From Felis catus (taxonomy: Eukaryota), in the NCBI RefSeq assembly GCF_018350175.1, contig NC_058368.1, positions 101,930,001 through 101,994,000 on the forward strand: a DNA stretch of 64,000 nucleotides. The letters are read 5' to 3'. Below are positions 1-12,649 of this stretch, in pieces. The translations under genes were made by a program, and so were the position numbers. The notes beneath the pieces were generated by a model. It ran no database searches and was not told the origin of the DNA. It saw nothing but the letters and a program-made list of their open reading frames with translations. The number at the start of each line of letters is the position of its first letter. The stretch's first letter is position 1.

Positions 1-1084
1 TAAATGAACATCAAAAGAGAGTGGGATGCCTAAAAGGAAAACGATGCTGAGAAAAATCTTGCAATACATGCATATTTATTTATTCATAAATTATATGCAT
101 GTAGTATCATTATTAACTCGTATCTAAAGGCAGAACATACATTTGAGATTACAGCCATTTCTAATAACGATATGCATAAAACCATATTTGAAACCGTCTT
201 CTTAATAATTCCAATTTTGTTGGCTAAGTACTTGTCAGATCTTTTTACGGTTGGTTTGTGGCATTTTTCCTTAAATGAATATTGACGGCTGCTGAGCTCA
301 CTTGAAAAGCAACAGTGATACCTCTGCCAATGTCTAGTTGTTTGCTGGGGTCTGCATCACAATTGCAACTTCTACTTCATGGTTTTTCTGCCATAACCTC
401 TTAAAGTCACTTGCCCTTTTTAATGAAGAATGGTCTCTCAACAAAGTGGGTGGTAGAACGCACGGACTTCTTAAACCCGGCACACAGAAACTACAATGAA
501 CATCTGTGCACCACGTGTGACACACGACAGTGTGACGTACGAGCTAGGTAAGATGGTCTGGGTCACTTCACAAGCGCGGTGATTAGGAAATCAGGAAAAA
601 TTAATGTACTTCCTATTTTTAGACAGCAAAGAGGGACATTATAATAGTTTCTTCCTGTATTCCATCTGGTTCACCCACTGGGCCATGTGCCCCCAGTCTG
701 GAGCCCACTGGCTGCCATGACTTACATCCGAAAATGGAAAAACAGAACATGACTAAAGGAAAGTGCGATTGTTAATTCCTCAATACGTTGTGCTCCGAGG
801 ACAAACCAAATTGAAAAATCAAGACAAGATGACAACACAGGTGAGGATCAAACTACATTAATTTCTAGTGATATTTATCGAAAGAGACAGGATGACTACT
901 TTCCTAGAAGAGAAGGAACCAGAGTAACATAGGAGAGGGAGAGGTGACTCTGGGAGAGGTAACTCAGCATGTGGGAGACTGACGCGGCTGGCTGGGCAAA
1001 CAGATAAAACTGAAGAGGAAGAATAAGGCGGTTGATGAGAGCAAATTTCGGTAAAAATGAGAACTAGAAATGCAGTGGCAATCA

Positions 1085-1303
1085 GGGGCACCTGAGCGGC
1101 TCAGTCGGTTAAGCGTCCGACGTCAGCTCAGGTCATGATCTCCCGGGTTCATGAGTTCGAGCCCCGTGTCGGACTCTGTGCTGACAGCTCGGAGCCTGAA
1201 GCCCGCTTCGGATTCTGTGTCTCCCTCTGTCTGCCCCTCCCCTGCTTGCACGCTGTCTCTCGCATTGTCTCAAAATAAACATTAAAAAAAAAAATTTTTT
1301 TTA
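1085..1303 (+). mobile_element. Carnivore (felid) tRNA-derived SINE
   Basis: ggggcacctgagcggctcagtcggttaagcgtccgac head, CT-rich body, A tail; degenerate TSD agaaatgcagtggcaatca / agaatttcagtggaaatca. Confidence 0.95.
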
Positions 1304-1585
1304 AGAATTTCAGTGGAAATCAAACTAAGGAAGAAAAAATATATTTTAATTATGGATAGGCTTAAGAAGATGCTTTTGTTGTCACGATACAGTGGTAATA
1401 AAATAGAAGAGAGTTATTATCCCCCTGAGATGCTGCCTTTACCTTTTTTATCACTGGTAAGAGCAGCTCTTCATCTGCAGGTGCACTGAGTTACAAAGAC
1501 TCAGGGATAGGACTTTCTCACTTCGTATCCTTGTCTCCACCTTACGAAACAAGTCCTCTCCTCCCCTGAAGCTCAGAGCCTCTTT

Positions 1586-1907
1586 ATAAAAAATCTTTAA
1601 ATTTAAATTTTTTATTTTTTTGAGGGACAGAGAGAGAGAACGTGTGTGCAAGCAAGGGAGGGGCAGTGACGGAGGGACAGAGAATCTCAAGTAGGCTCCA
1701 TCCTGCCAGCACGGAGCCTGACACAGGGCTCGATCCCACGAACCATGAGATTGTAAGCTGAGCCAAAATCAAGACTTGGATGCTTAGCAAACTTAAAGGG
1801 GCCCCTCATCCATTTTTTAAAGTAAGCTCCATGCCCAATGTGGGGCTTGAACTCACAACCGTGAGATCAAAGTCACACGCTCTACTGACTCAGCCAGCCA
1901 GCACCCC
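1586..1907 (-). mobile_element. Compound Can-SINE (two tRNA-head units)
   Basis: Full SINE 1586-1806 plus short tRNA-head unit 1812-1907, both enclosed by direct repeat gctcagagcc(t/c)cttt. Confidence 0.85.
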
Positions 1908-1924
1908 GCTCAGAGCCCCTTTCT

Positions 1925-2560
1925 GTGCCACTGTGGTCCTCTCCTTCCGGTCCCATTAAGACCCTAATTCTCAATTTCTGCCCGTCTGCCTGCCTTCTCA
2001 GGCATCTTCAACCTGGCCCACAGCTGTTACCCTGTGCCTACAAACACGTAGAGTTCTCTTTTCTCCTAGAAAATGTTCTCTTGACCCAGCTGCCCTCTCT
2101 AGATAACTGCTGTAATTTTTTTTTTCCCTTTTGCTGCTGATCTGCTCAAATAAGCAGCCCTTATCTGCTGCCTCCATAGTCCCTGCCAGATCCCGGAACT
2201 GGGCTTCTGTTCTTACTAGTTTGCAGCAACGAATTCCACATTGTTCTCTGGCAATCGTGACTCTGGCCTATTTATGTTTGATGCCTCCTTCCCTCTCCCC
2301 TCCGGGCTACATCCCTAGCCCGGCCTTTTCCATTTCCTGCCCCGCATCCAGACTCCCTCTTTCCTCTCTGGGATCTTCACTGTACCTTTAAGACACCCTT
2401 CTGTTCACAATATTAACACTCCCCGCGTTAAGCCACAGGATGTTTAATTCTTCATCCTTTCTTTGAACTTTCTCATGTTTTTCCCATCCCCATTTATCAA
2501 ATCATTTGTTGCAGAAGAAAGGCCTGAATAAAAATCAGTTGAGTGAATAAATAAATGAAG
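1925..2560 (+). mobile_element. Ancient L2 LINE fragments
   Basis: Pyrimidine-rich L2-like text ending in typical L2 3' terminus (gttgagtgaataaataaatgaa). Confidence 0.5.
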
Positions 2561-3861
2561 GGACATGTATTCTATGCCCCGGCCAAGCAGCGTCTTTACC
2601 GTTCTACCAAGTCCATAGTTACTTCCTATCTTTATGATGTTAATAAATTATAGCCATTTGGTTCGGGTGGGTCACCGAGTCACCCAGCTACTTAAATTCA
2701 GGTTAACTAGCCAGGAAACCATAAATTGCAGCATGTGATTCCCACCAGTACACAGCAGGGTTGAGTCGAGCCATTTCTCACGGTTGCATTCTCATGAAGA
2801 CGTTTTCTTGCTCCAAATGGTTCTATGATTAAAGCACAGTGAACTACGGCAATGTTCATAAACGTACGCACTAGACAAGAGTTGCAACAAACAGGGTGGA
2901 ACACTTAAAAGGCACAAGTGCTAAAACAGAGGCACTGGGGGAGGATCTTGACTCGCTTCTATTTCCACCTTTGATACATTTCAACCAGTTTTGTTCGTGG
3001 GTTGCCTGAAGCCTGGTGCGCGTCGAAGCCTTTCAATTAACTAGCTAATATATTTAAGCTTTTCTCTGAGAGTGACATCCACTACTTTCCCTTTGAAAGT
3101 GCTTGCCAATCGATACCAGTGGAGATGAACTCAAAGTCACGAATATGGTGATTATGTGGCTTTTGTGCTTGCCTGATGAAGCTGCTTCCCTCCAAGGAAC
3201 ACTTGACATGCCTAAGGTTCCTATACTCCTTGCCATGCAATATCCCTGGACTTTCGATTTGGTTGATTTCGTACCAAATGAAAATCACATACACCCTTCT
3301 GCTTCTCCCCCACGGCTTATTATTGAAGTCAGTAACTTTAGCGGAATGTGGAATCTGTTGACAAGCCTTCCTTTCTGGTTAGAGGCCCTTGCCAGCCAGT
3401 TTCCTTTTATGAAAAACTCAAGTTGCATGAAACAACAAAGTAAATAAATATAATACGTGACACAGCCTTATAAAAACAACTATATAAGGTACCGTGTGAT
3501 CCAACTTTAAAATCCTTTCCTGTTCAGGGAGCCTTGTAGAATTATTCTAACCATTACTGATGCCATTTGCCTCTGAAGCCTTACAGAAATTAAAATTTCG
3601 CACCGCATGGTACAGTGCATGTTCTGCTTTGTTTGTGACTGTCAATTGCCTGTCCGTCTTTAAGACTAGGGACCCTGTCATAATTTACATCTCCACCATA
3701 TGGCACACTGGAAAAAGTGTAGTTGTGAACCAGCATTCACATATCTACTGAACAATTAATGTCGGCCAGGGGGTAAGGAGGAGTGTGAAAAATAGTCACC
3801 AAAATAGTGACAGAACGTACTAGCCGGGAATTTCCAAACTGCAAGTAATACAGGCCCAAAC

Positions 3862-4065
3862 TTTTTTTTAATGTGTATTTATTTTTGACAGAGAGAGAAA
3901 GAGGAAGAGAGTGATCAAGGGAGAGGGAGACAGAGACGGAGACAGAGGATCTGAAGCAGGCTCCACGCTGTCAGGACAGAGCCCGATGCGGGACCCGAAC
4001 CCACAAACCGTGAGAGCGTGACCTGAGCCGAAGTCGGACGCTTAAATGACTCAGCCAACCTGGCT
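3862..4065 (-). mobile_element. Can-SINE
   Basis: T tail, GA-rich body, gacctgagccgaagtcggacgcttaa head in reverse. Confidence 0.9.
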
Positions 4066-4836
4066 CGTTTTTATTTCTTCTTTCCTTTAACTAGTATTTG
4101 TTCGGCGCCTACTGCGTGCAGACATCACCCTAGGTGCTTAGAACGTATCAGTGCACAATTTACAGCAAGACTCCCCCTCCTGGGGAGCTCGCTCTGAAGC
4201 ACAATGATGCACACATGACGCCATAAACATAATAAACCATTACAAGATGTAACAGAAGACTATGGAGGAGAAAAGAGAAAAAACAGGGTCAACGGTACCA
4301 GAGAGAGTCAGTGGCAGGAGATGTCAGGTCTCTGGTAAAGACACGTGACAGGCTGGCGTCAGCGTGTTCTAGGCAGAGGTGGCAATCAGTGCAAAGCCCC
4401 CGAAGCGTACTCAAGTCTGAGATGTCAAGGCCAAGGCCAATGTGGCTAGAGCAGAGTCAGCAAGAGGGAGAAGAGTAGAGGCAGAGCAGAGAGAACTGAT
4501 TAGGGGTGTGTGCGTGCATGGGTGCCCAGGTGGGTGGTACATCACCATGTGGGTTTGTTAGGTAATTAAAGAAATGAAATTTTAAGCCAAGAAATGAAGT
4601 TTTAGTCAGGTGAAATGGAAAGCCAATGCTAATGCAAGGTTCTGAGCAGAGGAATACAGAGTGTGACTTTCATTTTAAAAGATTCACCCTGCTTTATTTA
4701 TGTGAGGCAAAAATCAAAGCAGGGACACAAATGAACAGGCTACTGTAATAAAGTTGACAGGCGGGTGTGGCTTGAACCCTGGTGACAGTGGAATGCCACT
4801 TAGATCGTAGGTTTAGAGTTTAGATTCTAGATATTC

Positions 4837-5063
4837 TTTTTTTTTTTAATTTTTTAAAATGATTTTTATTTATTTTTGAGACAGAGAGAGACAGAGCATG
4901 AACGGGGGAGGGGCAGAGAGAGAGGGAGACACAGAATCAGAAGCAGGCTCCAGGCTCTGAGCCATCAGCCCAGAGCCCGACACGGGGCTCGAACTCACGG
5001 ACCGCGAGATCGTGACCTGAGCCGAAGTCGGACGCTTAACCGACTGCGCCACCCAGGCGCCCC
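4837..5063 (-). mobile_element. Young felid SINE
   Basis: Near-consensus body, perfect TSD tagattctagatattct on both sides. Confidence 0.97.
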
Positions 5064-5113
5064 TAGATTCTAGATATTCTAAGAATATTCTGGAAAGCAG
5101 CATCAAGAAAATG

Positions 5114-5240
5114 TGTGGCTCAGTTGGTTAAGCGTCCAACTGTTGATCTCAGGTCAGGTCTTGATCTCAGAGTCACGAGCTTAAGCCCACATGTGGGCTC
5201 TGCAGTGGGCATGAAGCCTACTTAAAAAAAAAAAAAAGAA
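5114..5240 (+). mobile_element. Short tRNA-head SINE
   Basis: gtggctcagttggttaagcgtccaact...gcatgaagcctacttaaaaaaaa. Confidence 0.85.
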
Positions 5241-6163
5241 AGGAAAATGCTCTGATAGATACACTTGGGGTTGGAGAAAAGGAAGGAGGCAAGGATTAAC
5301 ATCAAGAATTTTGGCTGGAGCAGGTGGAAGGCTGCAGGCTCCACGTAACTAACAACAGGGACCCCTCAGGTAGAACCAATAGCAGAGGAAAGGTTTGCAG
5401 CTCCATTCGGGGCATGTTAAATTAAAAACTTCTAATATATATCTAAACAGACATCGCGTAAGGAATTAGATACACAAGTCTGAAGTCTGGATCTAAGATG
5501 TGAGCTGGAGCACGGTTATGGTGTTAAACCAGAGTGGCCAAGAGCAACCCACTCTCTGACTGCAAAGTAGTTCGACAGTATATGACAGCTCGGTGTCCAC
5601 ACTAATTTGTGTGAAATCATCCAGGTTCTGATGAGGAGAGACAGCTCGTAGATCGGATTTCATCACCTTCTACTTGTATTGTGAATAACTGCTAAAGAGA
5701 AAAATCTACGTCTTAACCGACCCTCCACTCTCCAAATTGCATTTTCTCCAAAGCAGTGGAGTACTATAAAATGAAGCATCATAGAAAGATACTTCCCTGA
5801 AAATGTAAGTGGTAGGTCCTATGAGAGTAACTTGGATGAAAGACCACCATCCATCACTCCTTTACGGGTGTTCTTGAGCAATGGTCAAAAGTCTGCTTTC
5901 CTAATTGTGTACCAGTATCTTACTTGCACAGAGATCAGATTTTCCTGTAAGTATGTATGTGTATGTGTGTGTGTGTACACATATATGTGCATGTATATAT
6001 GTTATACACCTACAACATGTATGTTTTGGATGCCAGTGTATTACCACGGGATCAATTTCACTGATACAACAGTAAAATGAATGAGTCAAAGTAAAACACT
6101 GCTCCTGTTCACAGTTATGGAAATAAAAGTTAGGGATGCCTTTTCCTAAGAGTGATTTTCTAC

Positions 6164-6383
6164 TTTTTTTCTTATGTTTATTTATTTTGGAGAGAGAGAG
6201 AGAGAGAAAGACAGTGTGAGCAGGGGGGAGGCAGAGAGAAAAGGGAGACACAGAATCCGAAGCAGGCTCCAGGCTCTGAGCTGTCAGCACAGAGCCCGAC
6301 GCGGGGCTCGAACCCACGAACCTCGAGATCATGGCCTAAGCCAGAGTCGGACACTTAACTGACTGAGCCATCCAGGTGCCCCC
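6164..6383 (-). mobile_element. Can-SINE
   Basis: Full body, TSD aagagtgattttcta. Confidence 0.95.
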
Positions 6384-7525
6384 AAAGAGTGATTTTCTAA
6401 AACGTACATGTTCACTTCACCAGGTCAAGATGGTAGTGTTCAACTGAAGCCAGTATACAGTGATGCCAATTTTAAGTACCTGTAATCTTCCAGAGTTATA
6501 CAAACCAACCCCTTCTCTTTGTCAAAAGTTCTATCTCTACAGCACAGGAAGTCTGAACCCAAATTTATCTTTAAATAATTAGGAGCTGTAGAAAATGTTC
6601 CTAAATAACACATGATAGAGCAACAAATCTTTACTGTCCTGGGATGCCAAAGCAAAACAAAACAAAACAAAACAAAACAAAACACAGGAAACTACCGTCA
6701 CTTTTTCATAAAAACAACACGAGGAGTCATAGGCAAGATTTGGTGATATGCTAAAGGTGTTTGCTGGGAAGCCAACCTAGTATTTTAAGAGAAGCACCCT
6801 GAAAATCTCCTCATGTGCTCGTTCAGTCTAAGACCTATGAAATTTCTCTGCATTGTAGATTCCCCCTCTGGAAAATTAAAACAGTAACAACATTTTCCCT
6901 GAAAAGTGGTAGTGAAAACAGATTATATTAAAGACCCCGGTAAAATATACTTACCTAAAATGCCATACAATGCCAAGGTATGAATTATTTTCTCAATTAT
7001 AATAATCATTTCCAAATACTAATTTAATATTCAACAGAAATAATACTCAATTCTGTATCAGGAAATCCCGATAAATGCGCCATCAATAATTCCATTACAT
7101 GTATATATCACCTGACTCTGCAAAACTCGACACAAACATATACATGAAAGTCTTTACTCGCGGCGACATAAAAGCTGTTTTATGACAAACTCATTGGCCT
7201 TCAGCCACCTAATTTTGCAGAGCACGTATTTTAAGAGGACGAGGCACAAGAATTTCAAAATATATAACCTTAACTGAGCTAACTTGGGCGCTGACAGGAA
7301 AACCTTAGACTATAATTATTCTAACAATAGCATCAGGTTACAAACCCCCTCACCACGTGGGGTCAAAAGCTTCCCCTAGAAAGGCAAAGGTTTCTCAGTG
7401 AACACTAGGCAACAGGGCTCATAAAAAATTCATTATATTGCCCTTCTCTTCCTGTGGTAAGACAGATGTAAAATCAGCAATCTTCCCTGTAGATCTTTCT
7501 CACGGCACTGAGAAAATGAACTTGG

Positions 7526-7527
<2 letters not shown>

Positions 7528-7571
<44 letters not shown>
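7528..7571. repeat. (CA)n microsatellite
   Basis: Uninterrupted CA run. Confidence 0.98.
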
Positions 7572-7573
<2 letters not shown>

Positions 7574-7599
7574 ACAGAATGTGTTAGTCTGATGAGAGA

Positions 7600-8480
7600 G
7601 GTGTAGGTAAAGCACGTCACAAGCCACAGATCAAAGGGGCCACGCGTTCGATGGCGGCCTCTTAAGGCAAAGGACCGCCATATGCCTGTGCTGGGACCCG
7701 CCACTCAGACAGTTATGGGAAAGGCGGTGGAATGTGGAACATGGAGAGAATAGGCCTATAATTATTCACAAAACTTCAGGAAATAAACATTCACTTTCAA
7801 AAAATTGTTTTCAGCTGCTTTAAAGCCAAGTGACAGCTAAATTACAGTTCGGGGAAAGAAAAGTTTCCATTTTCTAATTTGATGCATTTTGTTGCATCGT
7901 ACTACATTATCCAGAGTCAGGACTGCCACATCCTGTCAGGCTTCAAACCACAGGCTGAAAGCCCCACGCAGCTGAAAGAGCCGTTTGTCCAGCCACACAG
8001 TGTGCTAAGTGTTCCGGGAGAAAAGTGTGTGGGGACTCGGGGCGATTCTTTTGGTTCACATTCCTCGGATTTCCACAAGTGCTTTTTGGCCGTACATGCT
8101 GTGGCTGCTCCCTCAGCTTCTTCTTTGTGCCAAGCTGGGATATGTTTATGGAAACTCCGCAGGCCCTGCCAGGGAACAGCCCCAGACTCACATTCTCCCA
8201 TGGCTTGGCCAGGAAAGGAGGATGGGGAGGTGGGAAGAAGAAATCGTGGGAATCGGCACGGCAAGTCTTGGGTGCTCACGAGCCGGCCGGCAGCTGTCAG
8301 GAAAATGAATAAGGGGCCGGTATCTGATGGCGTAAGAAGGAAGAAAGGAAATTAAGTTTTTATTAAAAGAGATAACAGAAATGCTATCGGCCGGGCAGTT
8401 TCCTATGGCCCGCTGAGCCCAGTGATGAGGATCCCCTGGTCTACAAATGATGGACCGTCACTAACGGTCGGTGGACATAC
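7600..8480. promoter_or_regulatory. CpG-retaining candidate enhancer/alternative promoter
   Basis: Visibly CpG-rich unique sequence; TCF/LEF motif agatcaaagg (7628-7637), YY1-like gatggcggc and ccgccat, CRE-like cacgtcac (7613-7620). Confidence 0.4.
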
Positions 8481-8852
8481 ACTACGAGATTCCTCAAAGC
8501 TCTGTTCTACCTCAGACTTTACGCTCATTAAACATTTAAGACACTCGAGCCAATTCGATATGAAAAAAACTAAAAATCCTATACACTTTCCTTAATCTGA
8601 GACACTGAGCTAGGTTTTTCCACCATAAAGCCTGGGCCACGATCAATCAGAAATATGTATTCAAAAGGGGAAATACTTAACAATTTTACACACTGAAGAA
8701 TGAAGGCAAAAGTTCTGGCCGGGATGCAGGTTCATCACAAGAAATTCAAGGTAACACTCCCTGATTCCTTCTTATTAAGATCTTACAGTTCTGTTTATCA
8801 CGATTGTGAGCAACTTCAAAAACAAAACACGTTTTTAAAATTACACATCAGG

Positions 8853-9255
8853 GGGGCGCCTGGGTGGCGCAGTCGGTTAAGCGTCTGACTTCAGCCAGGT
8901 TACGATCTCGCGGTCCGGGAGTTCGAGCCCCGCGTTGGGCTCTGGGCTGATGGCTCTGAGCCTGGAGCCTATTTCCGATTCTGTGTCTCCCTCTCTCTCT
9001 TCCCCTCCCCCGTTCATGCTCTGTCTCTCTCTGTCCCAAAAATAAATAAACGTTGAAAAAAAAATTTTAAAAAAAATAAAATTACACATCAGGGGCGCAT
9101 GGGTGGCTCAGTTGGTCTGACTCTCGGTTTCGGTTCAGGTCACCATCTCATGGTTTGTGAGTTCAAGCCCTGTATCTGTCAGTGCTGAGCCTGCTTGGGA
9201 TTCTGTCTCTGTCTCTCTGTCTCTCTCTCTCAAAAATAAACAAACATTTTTTTTT
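8853..9255 (+). mobile_element. Tandem pair: young felid SINE (8853-9080) followed by older SINE (9092-9255)
   Basis: Two SINE heads and bodies; TSD aaaattacacatcagg around the first. Confidence 0.95.
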
Positions 9256-9557
9256 AAGGAATTAATCATCTCTCCCTTTATATTGATGCATTTGCCTGTC
9301 AAAGTTTGCTACACATTCAACTAATGATATGGCAATTTTTTTTTTTTTTACCTCAAATGACATACATACATGTCTTGAAAACCTTTTACCTTTTTAAAAT
9401 TGTGAATGGCCTAAATGATTTAGGACAGATAAAAAAAACAAAAACAAAACAAACAAAAAAAAAAACCTAAAAAAAATCCAAAAGCAGCAGATGACTTGCT
9501 CCAAATGAGGTAGACATCTTTACTCACACAAATTAAAGGTGTTCATATGTACCTGCT

Positions 9558-9776
9558 TCTTTTAAAAATTTTTTTTCAATGTTTATTTTTGAGATAGAGA
9601 GACAGTGAGAGTGGGAGAGAGACAGAGAGAGAGAAAGGGAGACTCAGAATCTGAAGCAGGCTCCAGGCTCAGAGCTGTCGGCACAGAGCCTGACATGGGG
9701 TTCAAACCCACAAACCGTGAGACATGTCCTAAGCTGCAGTTGGACACTTAACCAACTGAGCCACCCAGGTGCCCCC
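9558..9776 (-). mobile_element. Can-SINE
   Basis: Full body, TSD atatgtacctgctt. Confidence 0.95.
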
Positions 9777-10599
9777 ATATGTACCTGCTTTTTCAGGGCA
9801 CTGAAATGACAATAACCAAGAGGTCCAAATAATCTCTCGTCACGTTTCCCCATTTTAGTATGTACAATTCTTGGGTTGCGATGAAAATAAATCTTTTTTT
9901 CTAAAAAGGTTTTCAAATTCAGTTATTACCAGTGAGCGGTGTTTGGTTTGTCACATGATTCATAGTGGTGAACGCTACACTACTGGTGAAATGGAAGATC
10001 AGCAGACTTCAATGCACTCACTGGATTGGGGAGCTCCCATTTTCAACTTAATGGGTTATTTTGGTGTGGAAAGGGCTGAAACTTGAGTGACCAATGAGAA
10101 AACAATTGTCTGGGGCATGAGTGCTGTGTAGTGTGACTTTGGATTTTAAATAAAGTTATTTTTACAGAACCAAAAAAAACCTATACTCTGTCTAATCATT
10201 CTAGCTCACGAAATCATGCTAATTTTTGAATTCATTTTAAAAATTCTAAGAAAGAAATGCAACTTAAATAACATTTAAATTACATTTAAAATCTTTGGGG
10301 GAACAAAAAGAATGATATTAATAAACAAATTTAGTTACTACATGTGTATTCTTCATCGGAATAAGGAGTTAAAAACAAGACTGTCCCAGAATATGTGTAG
10401 CTCAGTTTATATATTCAACAGGAAACCAAAGACCGTGAATTATTAAAATCTCTGAAGAAAGAAGATGAATTTTGGAAACGTGAGACATTTAAATAAGTTT
10501 CAGTAAGATGTCTCATTAAGATGGCTCTGTAAGTTCACACTTAAACACATAACCTCTTTTCCAAAAAATAAATCAATGACAGATAAAATCAATTAGAAA

Positions 10600-11800
10600 T
10601 CAGTCACCTCAAAAAACAATATAAACATTTCCATGTACTCAAATTAGAGAAATACAAAGGAGCAGTAGAGCTGAAACTCCATGCTCTCTGGGTTCTGGGA
10701 CAGTTTGGCCAGAATTGTGGTTCCATCAAGGGTAACAGGTCTAGAAATAGAGATGGCAGGCAGCAGCCAACCTTAATATCTAAAGTGAATTTGAAGTAAG
10801 GACTCTCTCCAGACACATCACGAAAAGAGGCCAAAGAAAATCCCTTTTGACAACCAAGAAAACCAACAACTAAAACAATGGTTCATTATAAACAATCTGG
10901 TAGGAGCCTGGTGGGCAGTCATTAAAATGACTTATAATGTTCGGTTCATCTTTTGCGATGTGCAAAAGGGATTATAAAATAAAACGTGGAAAAATAAATA
11001 ATGAAAAAAGTGGGTATGTAAAAAGCTTATTAGAAACTTTAGGAATGAAAAAAATGAACAGAAAAGTCTCAATAAACTGTATAACTGCTGAAATAATCAC
11101 CAAGGCAGAACTAGACAATTTTAAGAACTGATGAATTCACTTCAAGTGCATTACAGAGAAAGAAAGAAAATGAAGAGCAGGTAAGAAACAGAGGATAATC
11201 TGAGAGACTCTAAAGTAATTCCAAACTGATTTCTTAAAAAAAAAAAAAAGGAAGGAATTACAGATGAACAATATTTGAAGATAAATAGCTGAATAACTGA
11301 AGAAATCCATAAATTTTTATACTACAAACATATTCTGAATGCCAAAAAAAGATACATAAGAATAAATTCCACATCTAGAAACACATTGCAAAATTGCAGA
11401 ATATAAAGGAAAAAAGAAAAACCTTAATCTACCAAAGAGAAAAGACTGCATATGTACTAGGAATAATTCTAAGTCTGGGAAAATCTTCAGGCAGCAACAG
11501 TTGAGGCTAGAAGACCATCTAATAATATTCAATACTATCTTCAAAGTGCGGAGAGAAAGTAACTAGTAACCTAAAATTTTATACCCAGCTAATCTATCAC
11601 TTAAGAAAAATAGAAAGAATAATAATAACAACAACAAGAACAACAGCTAACTTAAGAGAGTATAAAGCATGTATTTTAGCAAGAAGAAAAATAAAGTGAA
11701 AAATTAATGGATATAAAATAATGTTAAAGAGAAACTGATTAAAAATGCATCAGTAAATTTAATTAGCTACAGCTGAAATGACAACTACTTTTAAAATGTA
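10600..11800 (+). mobile_element. Ancient L1 (L1M-type) 5' region/ORF1 remnant
   Basis: Very A-rich; ORF1 3'-half motifs cagcaacagttgaggctagaagac...atcttcaaagtgcggagagaaa...aattttatacccagctaatctatca. Confidence 0.75.
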
Positions 11801-11949
11801 AAACTAAGCTCTAAGTTGTAAAACTAAGGTAAGAAATGATAAGAAGAAATAAATTACAAAAATATATACTTATTTATTATTATCCGTAGAGAGTATAAAT
11901 ATCTCCAGTAAAAAATCCTAAATATTTCACATTTCTGGGTGCTATGCTG

Positions 11950-12240
11950 CAAACACCCCATGTTCACACTCCCTCAAGATCTCTACACTTGTTCTTCTCC
12001 TTGTTTGGAAATACATCCCCTTAAATTTTCTCTTGGCTTTTGTCTCTCACTTTCATTCAAGCCTCTGCTCAAATACTGACTTTTCAGAAGTTAGAGGTCA
12101 GGGGAGAAAGTGACAAATCTACTTGAAATAGACCTTATTTTATTTGTCGCCACAGGAAACTATACCCTCTTAGATGTAAGCCTCATAAAGACATTGAGCT
12201 AATGCTTGCGGAGTAAAAGAAGGGATGAAAGAAAAAGAAC
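11950..12240 (+). mobile_element. L2 3' fragment
   Basis: ttcattcaagcctctgctcaaatactgac and tagatgtaagcctcataag motifs. Confidence 0.6.
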
Positions 12241-12291
12241 TAAAATAATGGCAGCAGTGCCATTAGCAACTAAATACTTTCTGAAGTGTTT

Positions 12292-12516
12292 CTTTTTTTT
12301 AAATTGTTAAATTTTTTTTTAAATTTTATTTTTGACAGAGAGAGTGAGACAGAGTGTGAGCGGGAGAGGGCCAGAGAGAGGGACACACAGAATCGGAAGC
12401 AGGCTCCAGGCTCTGAGCTGTCAGCACAGAGCCTGATGTGGGGCCCGAACCACAAACCGTGAGAACATGACCTGAGCTGAAGTCAGACGCCCAACCGACT
12501 GAGGCACCCAGGAGCC
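12292..12516 (-). mobile_element. Can-SINE
   Basis: Full body, TSD tctgaagtgtttctt. Confidence 0.95.
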
Positions 12517-12649
12517 TCTGAAGTGTTTCTTAATAGGAATGTAAACTAAAAAAATATTTGAGTAGCCTTTGGAAATGTGATTTTAAGTACTGTGATATCA
12601 CTAACTATCGGGAAAAGCAACAGACAATGTGTACACAGCGAAATCAAGC

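Larger units (their letters stand above)
4090..5520 (-). mobile_element. L2 LINE (interrupted by two SINEs)
   Basis: L2-like motifs: tatttgttcggcgcctactgcgtgcagac, gtgcaaagcccc, ggccaatgtggctagagcagagt, ttttggctggagcaggtggaagg. Confidence 0.7.

Noticed and set aside
726..752. 27-nt minus-strand microexon-like signal (ctttcctttag|...gat|gtaagt)
   Set aside because: No supporting context; such pairs arise often by chance.
3103..3447. 114-aa ORF in unique sequence
   Set aside because: Non-ATG start, no recognisable homology, no flanking splice sites; length attainable by chance.
3826..3835. Perfect NF-kB site gggaatttcc
   Set aside because: Single 10-mer between repeats with no other support.
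4870..5106. Recurrent peptides such as GAWVAQSVKRPTSAQV and RGRERGRHRIRSRLQAL across many ORFs
   Set aside because: Translations of Can-SINE copies, not a gene family.
7879..8355. Overlapping ORFs on both strands
   Set aside because: Explained by locally higher GC; no known protein similarity.
8422..8600. Box C-like gtgatga suggesting a C/D snoRNA
   Set aside because: No box D at a suitable distance and no terminal stem.
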